In this document: one piece after another, positions 36,029-49,300 of the stretch
How the letters are laid out: each line of letters starts with the position of its first letter
Numbering within the stretch: position 1 is the first letter of the stretch
The notes under the pieces: model-generated
Databases searched by the model: none
The model's input: only the letters and a program-made list of their open reading frames with translations
What the model was told of the DNA's origin: nothing
Origin: Macrostomum lignano
Lineage: Eukaryota
NCBI GenBank assembly: GCA_002269645.1
Contig: NIVC01001685.1
Coordinates: 62,001-126,000, forward strand
Reading direction: 5' to 3'
DNA: 64,000 nucleotides
Position numbers and translations under genes: made by a program

Positions 36029-37689
36029 GGCAGTGGGCCTGTGTGTCTTGCTTAGTTACCGAATACTGTGTTTTGGCTTATGGTTGCTTTTGGGCTTTCA
36101 GACCTTAAGAAGGCCGCAGTTGAAAAGTTTAAACAGAATGTGTGGGCAGAAAATATAATTAAGCAGACTATGAACCAATGAGTGAGTGCTGATGCAGTGG
36201 CTGGCTGGCCGTTAGTCTTCCAGTTTTCTCTCGGTTAAATTTATATTTCTACTGTAGAAAATTTGACAACAGTGAGTGACCACTGACAAAAATATAAACG
36301 ATTTCAAATGTTTGTCAAGTTTTTTTAAGAAAACAACAGTAGTCCTTGGGTGCGGCATTCATCATGGAAGCCAGCATGCTACTGTCCCTTGGGCCTGTGA
36401 AAACATTGATTCAAATATAGACAAGTGTTGTCTACGACATCTCTTTAACTCAAATTCATTTTTCTCTTTAGTGCATTATTAAAACCGTTAAAGATTAATA
36501 AAAACAGTACTTATGTCTCATCATCAAAAGGAAATCGTCATTGATAAGATGAATCGTGATGAATAAAGTGATGAATCGTTCAATTTGGGTTCAATTCTAA
36601 TCAATTGCATAACAGACAGGGGCATGTATCTATATCTAACATATATCTGCATGGCACATGTCTGAAAAACACCTGTCTGCATTATATGCATCATATAACA
36701 TTTATCTGCATAATACATGTACAAGTATACATAACACTTTTCTGCATTACATCTGTCAGCATAACACCTGTCTGCCTAACACCTGTCTGGATGACACTTG
36801 TCTACATAACACCCATTTTAACGCACGTCTCAACTTTGTCAATGTTTACATAGTCTCAAACTTTTATCTGGCACGGCCCCATCCAGAATAACAAAGGCTG
36901 ACTTGCTTGAGATCGAAGTCGCCCCATACTCAGCTTTCTAACCAATTCAGATTTTCTGCCCAGGGCTGCACTGCTGTCTCTCCAAACGCAAAAACCCAGA
37001 GTTTTTTATTGCTTTACAATTGGAAGAAGAAATAATAGAAAGCAGTGCAACAGTTCTTCGATCGTCCTTCATCTCAGCGCAACTGCGCAATTCTTTCCAG
37101 CCTCTCAGGCGCTATTGAAACAACTGGCAGAGCTCTGCGTCGCCACCCACCAACTCTCCCCACTCCCTCTGCGTCTCAAGCTTCATCTGCGGCTTAGCGT
37201 TCGGTCGGTTGTCATGGCGAAGGTCTCAGACTCTGCATGCTGCAGCTTCGCCTGATATTTTAGTGCCTTAAGAGCCGAGTGTCTCGGCCGCTTTGAGCAG
37301 CTGTGTTCTAAACCGCCACCCAGTGAGTACTCGTCCAGGCACTCGCAGGCCATAAATTATAAAGCTGAGAAACTGGGGCGAAAATGCATTCGTACAAGCG
37401 TAATTGCATTCATTTTTGTCATTTTCAGTGTTGGGTAAAACCTCATCCAGTATTAAAAACATTAATAATGTTTTGGCATTGAGTCCAAGTTAAAGACTCA
37501 AATTATGTAACTTCAATTTGCTGTTTTCTCGTTAAACTGTAGCACAATATTGTACCTGGAGAATGGAACAAAAATTAAAAGTAAAAACTCATATAGAGGT
37601 CACCAAATCTCTTCAACTCAAAATGGTTCCTCAATCAATTAAGCCCGGGTCACATTTTATAACTGCGAATCCTGCCACCGTTTTGTCGC

Positions 37690-38955
37690 TAATCTCCCAG
37701 CTGGAAGAGTGATGAAGAATCACTAATCACCCATCTGGAAGCTGGAAGAGTGATGAAGAATCGCTAATCACCCATCTGGAAGCTGGAAGAGTGATGAAGA
37801 ATCGCTAATCACCCATCTGGAAGCTGGAAGAGTGATGAAGAATCGCTAATCACCCATCTGGAAGCTGGAAGAGTGATGAAGAATCGCTAATCACCCATCT
37901 GGAAGCTGGAAGAGTGATGAAGAATCGCTAATCACCCAGATGGAAGCTGGAAGAGTGATGAAGAATCGCTAATCACCCATCTGGAAGCTGGAAGAGTGAT
38001 GAAGAATCGCTAATCACCCATCTGGAAGCTGGAAGAGTGATGAAGAATCGCTAATCACCCATCTGGAAGCTGGAAGAGTGATGAAGAATCGCTAATCACC
38101 CAGATGGAAGCTGGAAGAGTGATGAAGAATCGCTAATCACCCATCTGGAAGCTGGAAGAGTGATGAAGAATCGCTAATCACCCAGATGGAAGCTGGAAGA
38201 GTGATGAAGAATCGCTAATCACCCATCTGGAAGCTGGAAGAGTGATGAAGAATCGCTAATCACCCATCTGGAAGCTGGAAGAGTGATGAAGAATCGCTAA
38301 TCACCCATCTGGAAGCTGGAAGAGTGATGAAGAATCGCTAATCACCCAGATGGAAGCTGGAAGAGTGATGAAGAATCGCTAATCACCCAGCTGGGAGAGT
38401 GATGAAGAATCGCTAATCACCCATCTGGAAGCTGGAAGAGTGATGAAGAATCGCTAATCACCCAGATGGAAGCTGGAAGAGTGATGAAGAATCGCTAATC
38501 ACCCAGCTGGGAGAGTGATGAAGAATCGCTAATCACCCAACTGGAAGAGTGATGAATAATCGCTAATCACCCAGCTGGGAGAGTGAAGAAGAATCGCTAA
38601 TCACTCAGCTCGGAGAGTGATGAAGAATCGCTAATCACCCAGCTGGGAGAGTGATGAAGAATCGCTAATCACCCAGCTGGGAGAGTGATGAAGAATCGCT
38701 AATCACCCAGCTGGGAGAGTGATGAAGAATCGCTAATCACCCAACTGGAAGAGTGATGAATAATCGCTAATCACCCAGCTGGGAGAGTGAAGAAGAATCG
38801 CTAATCACTCAGCTCGGAGAGTGATGAAGAATTGCTAATCACCCAGCTGGAATAGTGATGAAGAATTGCTAATCACCCAGCTGTAAGAGTGATGAGGAAT
38901 TGCTAATCACCCAGCTGGAAGCTGGAAGAGTGATGAAGAATCGCTAATCACCCAT
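37690..38955. repeat. 41-bp satellite (CTGGAAG)2AGTGATGAAGAATCGCTAATCACCCAT, shifting to a 34-bp variant
   Basis: About 33 tandem copies with no unique spacers. Confidence 0.95.
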
Positions 38956-39019
38956 CATAAGAACATCAAATAGACTCATAAGAGAATATCTCGGTATATC
39001 TGCGAGTCTTACAAATCTG

Positions 39020-39200
39020 TGAGCGTAGCTCGTAAGCACTGGAAAATTGCTCACATCGGAGCGGAAAAAAACAACCTCTGGGCGTCTCGACTAAAGCTAC
39101 TCAAACAGACCAGCTGCAGACTAGCCCACCTCAATCCCTAAAGGACAATAGCGAAGCTGAGGTTTGAGGGCCAAGCCAGCAGCCTGCCAACGCGTGACAC
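39020..39200 (+). mobile_element. Possible LINE reverse-transcriptase C-terminal remnant
   Basis: Peptide KHWKIAHIGAEKNNLWASRLKLLKQ loosely resembles the W..HI..+..K...RL.+L+ segment of LINE ORF2. Confidence 0.3.
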
Positions 39201-39719
39201 AGCTAATACTCACAGAGTAATAATATTCGGTATGGCGAATTCTAAGATAAGAGCCTCACACTCATAACAGGGTTTTTAGAGGCCAGTGTGCTTGGTAGTC
39301 TCACAAAAAACTTGCAGCTTTTCAAAGTGTTTTAGATTAGCATGCTCAGGCAGAGTTGTACTATAGTCGATTTATTGATTTTCTAGGGTTTTATACTTTT
39401 AGCGGCATGTAACTAAGAGTAATTTTAATAACAAAACTAAAATTACTTGATTTCATAAATTTTTGAATAAGTTGAAATATACAATAAACTCAGGTTGATC
39501 TCAGATTTATTTGCAAAGAATTGTATCTATCATTAAGGTAGATTAGGGAAATTACAAGCATCTTCAGTTCAGTTATTAAAAATATATAAGTCGCACAATA
39601 GGTACAAAACAAAAGATCAACTAAATGAAAGTAGCAAAGCCCCAATGTAGCTCGTACATGAGCCTGACAGATCAGACAAATTTCCCTTTCTTTATGTGCA
39701 CCTCATTGGTTTGACTAAG

Positions 39720-42700
39720 CTACTCCAGTCTCGCCTTCTTGGCCTTCGGTTCGAACTCACCTGACAAATACTGCATCTTCAGATCCAGCCATTGTGGCAC
39801 GTCTCCAAACACCCTGACGCTCTTATTTCGAAGGAGACGCAACAGTTCCACATCTTCGCAGCCATAGGACGCAACCAGCAGCTCTTGCTCATCAACAGCA
39901 TCTTTACACAGCGCAACATCACGTATCCAATTTTCACTGTTTGAGTCTCCTGTCCCTAGCAGCTCAAAGCATAGGGCCTGAAGAAGAGCGTCAAAATTCA
40001 CAAAGAAGTACGTTCTGTAATTCTCCATTTCGACTGGAAAGAATGTTCTGATAAAATCAATTTCTATCTGAAGATCTGGTTGCTCGTCAAACCAAAAGCA
40101 GAACTTCCACGCGGAGTCTCGGCTCCTCAGGTGCTGCATCACGAAGTCCGCAGTCGCCTCACTCGCCGATCTCTCAGCGGACCAGTCGATGCCTCTGCTC
40201 GCCCTGAACTGCCTACAGTCGCTCACGACTTTCGCTGCAGCCTCTCCGTCGCCGAACTTCAGGCAGCTCAGCGCCCTCAGAGACTCTCGCGCCGAGCGGG
40301 CGCAGTCTGGCAGCTTGCCTATCAGCTCCGAGAGACGCTGTCGGGACTCTGGGCTTCGGTCTCGGTCTGACACACGGAGCACCGACTCTCTCACGACGTC
40401 ATAGATCTCGTTGTACTCGCATTCCTTCGCTTGTGACACAGGTCGATCAGCTTCCATGTGCGGCAGGATGACGAACGGGTGGAAGTGGAATCGGCCCGAG
40501 TCGGTGACGGGTCGCAGGCTGTCCTCGAACTCCAGCAGCAGCTCAGGCAGCCTATCGATCGCATCTCTCACTGCATCGGCCGCCTGACTCAAGGCTTCGC
40601 TCACCTTCTCAGCCGATGTGCTGGTGTCCACGCCTCTCAGGTACACAGCGGCATCGCGAAGGAAGAAGTGATCCATGATCTTGGCGTCAGGTCCGCCTGA
40701 TCTGCAGTCGCTCTCAAGCATCTGCAGCGAGCGTCTCGCGAGACTCACGAGATTCCGAGCGTCGTTCCACTGCTCGGCCGGTGTCTCCTCCAGCATTCGG
40801 AACGCGATGGTCTTTGCGTGATACGACTTGAAGCCGTCGTGTCGGACGGCCTTCTTCAGCAGCCACTTGAGCGTGACGAACAGCTGGCCCTGCAGAGTGG
40901 TGAGACTCCGCAGCAGCCGCCTCTCCAGGAAGCTGGTGCTCACTCGGAGCTGCTTGCCCTCCTTTCCGGGAGCAGCTGCGTGCACCACGTGACAGGGCGA
41001 TGAGGCAGAGGTGAGGAGATGCTGGAGCGACTGCAACACGGACTGGGGGATGTTTGAGTCGGAGACTCGGTTGTTGAGTAGCGGCGCAATGGGCGGGTAG
41101 CGGCAGAGGCGTCGGGCGTCAACGTTGTCAAAGGCAGGTCTCAGCTTGGATCCTCCCTCTGCTTTCGATGGTTTTGAGGCTGAAATTTGTACAAGAAGTT
41201 TGGAAAGTTTAGTTAGTATGTCGGTAATGCGTGTATGTGGAAAATTAAGCTACCCGGTATTACCTCGTAATAAATAGCTACATACGTCAAAACTTTCGAG
41301 AAAGCATTGTCCATGTTCCTAATCTGGGACTGCTTCAAGCATATCTTACCATATCCGGGGTTTATGATATGTCCATTGCTGTATTCCATCGTTGGATTGG
41401 TCGAACTAGCGCATTTGCACAGATGCCTCAGATGAATTGGCTGTCCAGTTAACAGCTGCATCACATCTATATCAGATTCCATGGCTGTTCTGCCATCAAG
41501 AGTTGTAAGACTGTTGCCCCAGCCCTCGGAGAAGCTGCCTACCACATGGTACTTGTCATCATCCAATCTGCTTCTCAAAATGTCCTGCAGCGCATCAGCC
41601 ACGGCGCTCTGCAATGCGGCTCTGGAGTCCACGAATCCCGATTGATTGAGCGCTTGGTGCAGCTGCTGGCTCAGCTCTGCGTCGCTGGGGGCGGTGGGGG
41701 CGGCGGCTCTGAGGGTTGAACAGGGTTTGGCTTTATTGCTTGATTCACTAAATTTTTTTATCATTTTTCCTTAAAGAGTCAAGTAGTTCAAGCGTACGAG
41801 CGTCAATATAACTACTGCAGTTTAATCTTGTAAAACAATCAAACACCAGATTCAATGTAGCATAGATATGCAAAATATGGCTAAATATTGAATATAAAAA
41901 CCATCTAACTTATTTTAGAAACTCACTTTATTGATTGCAGCTTTACGTGCTTCCTGATTGAGACGCCATTCAAAGACGATTGAAGCATTGAAGCGGCTTT
42001 AAATTGATCGAATTCCTGAGCTCTAAACAGTGCCTCCTTTAGCAGCTTTTTTAAACTTCCTGTGCTGCAGACTGCAGGAATGAGCAACTGGAGGACACGA
42101 CTGTGACCGTTCTGTGCTGCCATGTAGATAGCTGACTCGCCAGTGTCTCGCTGAAGGCTGACATCGGCTTGTGCCTCGATGAGTAACTTGACGACACGGT
42201 GATGACCATTCTGCGATGCCACGAATAGAGGTGACTCACCGGTGTCTTGCTGAAGATTGACGTCAGCTTGTGCCTTGATAAGTGTCTTGACAACTTTTAC
42301 ATGACCATACTTTGATGCAATATAGAGAGGGGACAAGCCATCGTCGTCTTGAAGATCAATGTCGGCTTGTGCTTTGATGAGTGAGTCCACCACTCTTTGA
42401 TGGCCACTTCTTGAAGAAATGAAGAGAGGTGACTCGCCAGTGTCCCTCTGAAGATTGGCATCTGCTTGCGCTTTAATAAGCAAATCAACGATTTTGCTGT
42501 GGCCTTCTTGTGACGCATTGTAAAGAGGTGAGCAGTCGTTATTATCTTGAAGATTGGCGTCGGCATTTGCCCTAATAAGTGAGTCGACGACTTTAACGTG
42601 ATCATTCTGCGATGCAATATTAAGAGGGGAAGCGCCATCTATGTCTTGAAGATTTACATCGGCTTGTGCTGCAATAAGGGTGTTTACGACATGCGGATGA

Positions 42701-43461
42701 CCTTGCTGTGCTGCAATGTAAAGAGGTGAGCAGCCATCGGCTTGTTGAAGGTTTACGTCCGCTTGTGCTTTGATAAGTCTGTCAATGACTTGTTGATGAC
42801 CTTCCTGTGAGGAAATATAGAGAGGTGATATTCCATGGATTGCCTGAAGATTGACGTCGGCTTGTGCTTTGATAAGCGAGTCAACTACTTGGTGATGGTC
42901 GTTTTGTGAAGCGATGTAAAGAGGTGACTCGTCGTTTGCTCCTTTCAAATTGACGTCGGCTTGTGCTTTGACGAGTGAGTTAACGACATGCAGATGACCC
43001 AGCTGGGATGCCATATAGAGAGGTGAGCAGCCTTCGAGTTCTTGAAGATCCACATCGGCTATTGCTCGGATGAGTGAGTCAGAGACAAGCTGATGACCCT
43101 GCTGTGCTGCGACGTAGAGAGGTGAGCCGCCGTCGACTTGTTGAAGATTGACGTCGGCTTGCGCTTTGACAAGAGTTTCGACAACTTGATTGTAACCATA
43201 CTGAGAGGCGATGAACAAAGCCGTGATTCCGTCTTCAGTCTGAATGTCAACATCTGCCTTAGCTTTGATAAGTCTCATCAACATCTCATGCCTTTCAAAC
43301 TGGCCAGCTAGCATGACTAGAGTCAAATTGTGGCCATCAATACTCACAGATCTGTTAACTGACTTCGCGTTGGAGGTGAAGCCGTCAATGGTTTTTAGAT
43401 CGTTAGTTACTATAGCTCTCACGAGAGCTTTGTTCGACGGCTCAGCGGCAGACCTTCGCAT
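39720..43461 (-). CDS. Ankyrin-repeat cGAS-like receptor (ANK-cGLR/Mab-21) copy C, intact, about 1117 aa
   Basis: Exons 43461-41927 (~13 ANK), 41708-41350 and 41179-39720; total 3354 nt in frame, [41 protein letters not shown]. Confidence 0.88.
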
Positions 43462-44559
43462 AATTTGATAACCCGTTGCAGATATTGCTTAATCTGCTGC
43501 AGATTGGTCTCTGTTTATTATTGACTATGAAAATCTATACGACGTAAAGGCAATTTGAAGCAGAAAATGTTGAACATTAACCAGCCTGCCGATGGGGACA
43601 GAATGGACCGGCAATGCTTGGCTTACTGAATGCAATGAACTGTGTTATCTGTCATGTCTACGCTCCTACGTACATCTAATGCGAGCTATTCCGCAGTGGG
43701 GTACAGAAAAATAAAAGAGAGTAGAAGATTTTTAGAATTTCATTTATTGTACGATGATAAGAGTTTAATGAGAGCGTACACGGTCTTCTTACTCCAACCC
43801 TCTGCCTCTGTCCAGTGATATTCCATGTACAAGTTAGACCAGACCAGAAGAGCAACTTGAGGATAAATATAGCAAGCGGAGGGAAGAGTACAACGGACTC
43901 TAGAATAAGAGATGAGGGCACGCTCTGAGCCCAACCCTTCATTTCAGCCAGCACCCAGCCCGACCCAAACGAGACAGGAGCGGAGGGGCAGACCCGGGGA
44001 AAATAAGCGACCGATGACCCCCTGGCAACGGGGCGAGATGGAGATAATTTGAAGATGGACGGAGATTGAGAAGACCCAGACGACACCAGGAGATGACCAG
44101 GAGAAGGTACCATCATTGATAAAGAAAGGACTGAAAGACTGATGGACTGAATAGAGGTCTAGGAATAGCAATAAAACTTATCAAACGCAACCATGAAATG
44201 CATTTTAACCGGGCTGCGTCCCTACTAAAAACAATTATGTACTCAAGTGCTGAAGCAGGCGTCAGGGTGGCTTCATTAATAAAGAATTTATTATTTAGTG
44301 TCTAGGCAGGGCAGCAATTGCTTGACACCATGATTTATGATTTGGCCAGATTAGTTTTGACTTCACGAGATCGAAATAATTAAGCTACATGAAAAATACA
44401 CGAGTTACAGACAGCAGCTAGGTTAAGTTTAGCGTGCTCTTTTGTCCAACATTCGATTTTTAGACAGCTAGTTTAATGAGCCACAGTTTGCACGGGTTGT
44501 TTTTCACAGGCTAGCTTGATCTTGAGAATTAAACAATCTCGCAAAGATCTTCTACCCCT

Positions 44560-45450
44560 CAAATACTCTCTGCTCGTACGTATTTACTCATTGACGATCA
44601 GCTTCAGGGGCTCCCGGGCATCCGGAAGCAGCGGGGAGACATCACCGCCCATTCCGCTAGCCCTGGCGATCACGGGCAGCTATAATAGAGATCCAGTGGC
44701 GCCGGTGTCCAAGGAGTCCATGAGGTGGATGATTGTTCGCCAGGTAGCCCTGATCTCGCGGGCTGAAAAGGTCGGAGAAATCCAGAGAAGTTTTCTTCTG
44801 AAGGTACATATAGCGGTGCCTAGCAAAACTGTCATTATATGGCCTGAGTTTTGGTTATCTCTCGATCTGATGGGCCTGCGGTTAAGTTCCAGCAGGGCCC
44901 CGTGGAGGGCGAGGAATCCCTCGTAGGGATAAGTAGTGCAAGACCGACTGTCGGCAGTCGGGGCAGGGCGTTAGCCCCCTCTTTTCCAGTGCTTAAATAC
45001 CACCCACTGATTAATCTGAGCAGTGACAACGGTGGAGATGCCAGTGATCAAGGACCCTGCATGTCCAGCCAGGTGTTCGACCATTTCGTTGCCGGAGTGT
45101 CCCGACCGAGTGTCCCTGGATCCACATTTATTGGGATACTGTTATATGCGCGTGATCAGTAGCTCCGCAGATGCAGTCAAGGCCCGCACGTCAGTAGTGA
45201 ATTAGCAGCAAATTTAATAAAATTTACGGGGTTTGCCACGGCCAGCTGTCTCTTCAATCATGACGTGGCTTTGAATGCTGGTTTTAAATTCAAAACGGTG
45301 TTTGGACGGAGGTTTCGAATGAGCCAGCAGGCCTAGCTTCCGCTGCATGCTTCTAGGTCCCGCAGGCTGAGATCGCCCTGGGTCTGGTGGCCGTCGAGGT
45401 TCCGTTTCTGAATAAAGCAAAACTGCTTTAATTGGGACGCCCAATGTCTA
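44560..45450 (-). mobile_element. Degenerate RNase H-bearing non-LTR retrotransposon remnant
   Basis: Minus strand gives MWIQGHS followed, after a frameshift, by GNEMVEHLA (about 45120-45065), matching the RNase H W(I/V)xGHxxxxGNExADxLA motif. Surrounding frames are full of stops. Confidence 0.5.
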
Positions 45451-46393
45451 GGGGGTTGGATGTATGGCTTCTTTTTAGCCAAGGACCACTGTATATAGCG
45501 TATATACACACTACTACTGTATATGTATACACTGTATAACACTAGTGGTAATAGACGTATATACATGTACGTACAGGCGAGCTAAATGTATATATCTTCT
45601 TACCTGTGCTCACCTTGTTCATCTCCTCTCCATTTGTCAAGAGATTCGTTAAACGAAGATCGCTATGCGATTTTTTCTGAATATTTTGTGACCCAAAAGC
45701 TAAAAATATAGGCCGCAATTCTTTATAACATGTAGTTACATTTTGTATCATTATATAGTGTCATTTTGGGGGTTTGAAATTGGTTTGGCAGTTAGTATAA
45801 TTGAAATGGACTATGGAAGCACAGAAACTCTAAATTGTATGTGAATTGGCAAGATAAATTCACTCAAATCTTGAAAAAATAGTTCTATCATGCATTTTGT
45901 AAAAAATTCCACGATGCCCAGACTAAGAATTATTCCATTCAGTAAAAGATGGTTATATATAGCTACTTAAGTTGTAGTAACTTCAATGGCCCATTTTTGA
46001 TTTTGTGATTTTGATTTTGATTTTGTGATTTTGTGATTTTTTTGTGATTTCAGTGATTTTTGCTTTATATATTTTGATATATTTGCAAAGTCATATGCTC
46101 AGGTTAAATTAACTGGACAGTACATAAAGAAGCTAAAAAGAACGCTAAAGTCGCAATTAAAGTATCCGAATTTTCCGGATTTATACTCATCAGACAGAGT
46201 TATCGTGACGTTGGCGCTCTTTGAAAAGCAGAAATTATATGTAAACAAAGTTCTGTTCACCACCGAATGTTAAAATTTGACTTAAGGCCCGACTGGCGAC
46301 TTGTCCCGACTTCCAACCAGACGTGAAGTGTTGACTCGTGGATTATATTGCTCGTCTTGTTTTTAAGTTGAAAGAAGACAATAAAAATCCATA

Positions 46394-49300
46394 ATGACAA
46401 TCAGTGATCCAATTTACACTCCCTTTTTTGGAGTTATGGGAGCTTCTGCAGCAATGGTGTTTTGTGGTAAGACTATATATTGTCAACTTGATGAATAAAT
46501 GATTCTAAAAGTTGACAAGTTTACTAGCACCCATATTCATAGCCATGGCAAATGGCCTAAAAATGTAAATGCAGATTAAACAAATTTTAGGACTATTTGA
46601 AACTAGACTAAGCCTATTAGTTTATTTTAGGCTCCTATTTAAAATTAAACCCATAGTCAGGATAATGGCACACCTGTGCTAGAACAGATCTTATTAAAAA
46701 AATTAACTGTACTGTGCACCAGAACTATTCTTGAATCTTGAAAAAGTGCTCATATAAAAATAAATTAGGCCTACATACTAATTTTCTATCTATTTTATCT
46801 GAGAAAATATTGTCTTGTTGAAAGTTTTTGTCTTGCACTAAATTGTGCTAATTTTTTGTCTTGCATCATATTGTGCCAGATTTTTCCTTGCTTATTGTTA
46901 TGCTAGAATATATATATATATTGGCATAGTATACATTCAATTTCCTTTTGTGCTAGAATTTATGAAAAGGCCATCTTCCTAACTATTTAATTATTAAATT
47001 ACAATATAAAACTTACATCTAGTTGCATTAAATAGTTATACCAAGACTAGATCTAAGCTAGGCTTTTATTCTTTAATATATTTAGAATTCTATCATAGTT
47101 ACAAATATAGCTAAGCTAAAGCCAAGGATATTATAGATAGGGCCTATATATGCTTAGCTCAGGCACAACCTAGGGATTCACCTTGCTGTTTCTATTGACA
47201 ACACATACATGTAAGTTGCTATTGGACGGAATAAGTCACATAACTGCTTTTAGCCAAAAGCAGCTTACATATATATATTGCTAATAGAAATGGCCAAGTG
47301 ATTCTTAAGGTTGCACATGTATGCATGGATGTAGAGGTTTTTTTGGCAAAGCATAAATATAATATAGACCATAGTCTAGTCCTCTAGATCGTGCCAAATA
47401 TATGTTAGAATGCTTCAAACCAACACATGCATTGCTAAGCAGATGTACACTGATACCAAATTTCTTTTTGCAATTGCAATAATAAGATATATTTTTAAAT
47501 GGTTGCAACAAAATGACAATCGGCTTTATTTTCTTTAAATATCAACAATATAAGCTTCAAATCAATTAAAACTAAACTAAAATAATAATATAGTCTTTAT
47601 GTAGCTACTGAATAACAGTTGACATTTTAAGTGTTTTTTATTATATATCTCTAGAAAGAATCCTCTAATCATGAAGTATTTTCTATAAATAACTCTAATA
47701 TCAATCTCTTATATCTTAGCATGCTATAATGCTCATTGCATAGGAATTGTGCATATTGCAACTATGCATTTTTAGTTATATACCATGCATACTGATATTT
47801 TAAAATTCACACTATACATGTATATGCTAACATTTTCAAATGCATGCCAGAAAATTTTGGGGTGCACTATATCTTTTACAATAAGGTATATAGAAGCATA
47901 TAGTTATGGGAACACATTTCCTATATCTAGTTACCTTATACAGTAGTACTATACCATTCAGCTAAGACTTTAAAAAGAATTGAAGCTTTGATCTAATAGG
48001 GGTAAAGTAATAAAAAATGAATGTTGCAAGTTTCAAAGTGAGAGAAACAAAGTCTAAAATTTAGGACTTAATTATCAACATAGATCTTCAATGCCATGTC
48101 TATATTGTGGTTGAATAGTAAAGGCTAAAGTAAAGATATCTTAATTAAAAAAAAGTTTTTTTCACTCTTAATGAGCTCCTAAAGTCTTTTCATGGATTTG
48201 GGGGTTTAAGCAATAGAATTTTAATGCTATATGCATATTGGGGTTAGGTGGTAAGACTAAAGTTAAAATGAATGAAGGGTGCTTTTAAGTCCCTAGGGTT
48301 AAGGACTAGGATAAGGTTGGTTTAGGATGCTAATGGCTAAATTTAAGAGGAATATTTCTACTTTCAATGTGAAAGTAAGTCCTTTAGAATCAGGGACTCA
48401 AGTAACAGACTGAAAATTTTGATATTACATACACATTGGGATTGAAATAGGGGGGATGAGGCTAAATTTAAGATATATATTTTCATTTTCAATACAAAAG
48501 GAGCTCTTTGAGGTCCCTGAGGTCAAGGAGTAAAGGACTCAAAGATTTCAAACAGGTGGGATGATAGGGGTTTAAGTTAAGATAAATAAAGCCAATTAAG
48601 AAACTGCCAAGCATTTTAAACTCTCAAAGAAGGCTATACTGATAAGTAGGCTATCACCTTTACAGAAGATCTTGCATGGTAAGAATTAAAGATTTTGTTA
48701 CTTTAGTTATTTAAACAAGTCAAGAAAAATATGAAAAAAGGAAAGAAAAGAGAAAAAAAGATAAAAGAGAGGACAAAAGACAGAAAACAGTCATAAAAGG
48801 CAACCAAGTTGACAAAAACAATAACAAAAATGCTTCTAATAGCCATAGCCCTAAAAAAGTCATCCCAGTTTGGTCTAGGATGTCCAGCGTCAGTCAAAAG
48901 CCAGTAAAGATATCTTGCCATTCTTGCCATGCCAAAGATAACTGACAGATTTTGAGAGTCAGTGCTGATAAACTGACAGATTATGAGAGTCAGTGCTGAT
49001 AAACTGACATATTTTGAGAGTCAGTGCTGATAAACTGACAGATTTTGGGAGTCAGTCAGTGCTGATAAACTGACATATTTTGAGAGTCAGTGCTGATAAA
49101 CTGACATATTTTGAGAGTCAGTGCTGATAAACTGACAGATTATGAGAGTCAGTGCTGATAAACTGACATATTTTGAGAGTCAGTGCTGATAAACTGACAG
49201 ATTATGAGAGTCAGTGCTGATAAACTGACAGATTATGAGAGTCAGTGCTGATAAACTGACATATTTTGAGAGTCAGTGCTGATAAACTGACATATTTGAG

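Noticed and set aside
22362-43461. Bacterial CBASS/CD-NTase operon or contaminant
   Set aside because: The genes have conserved GT-AG introns, Mab-21-type C-terminal motifs and metazoan neighbours; no Cap effectors are seen.
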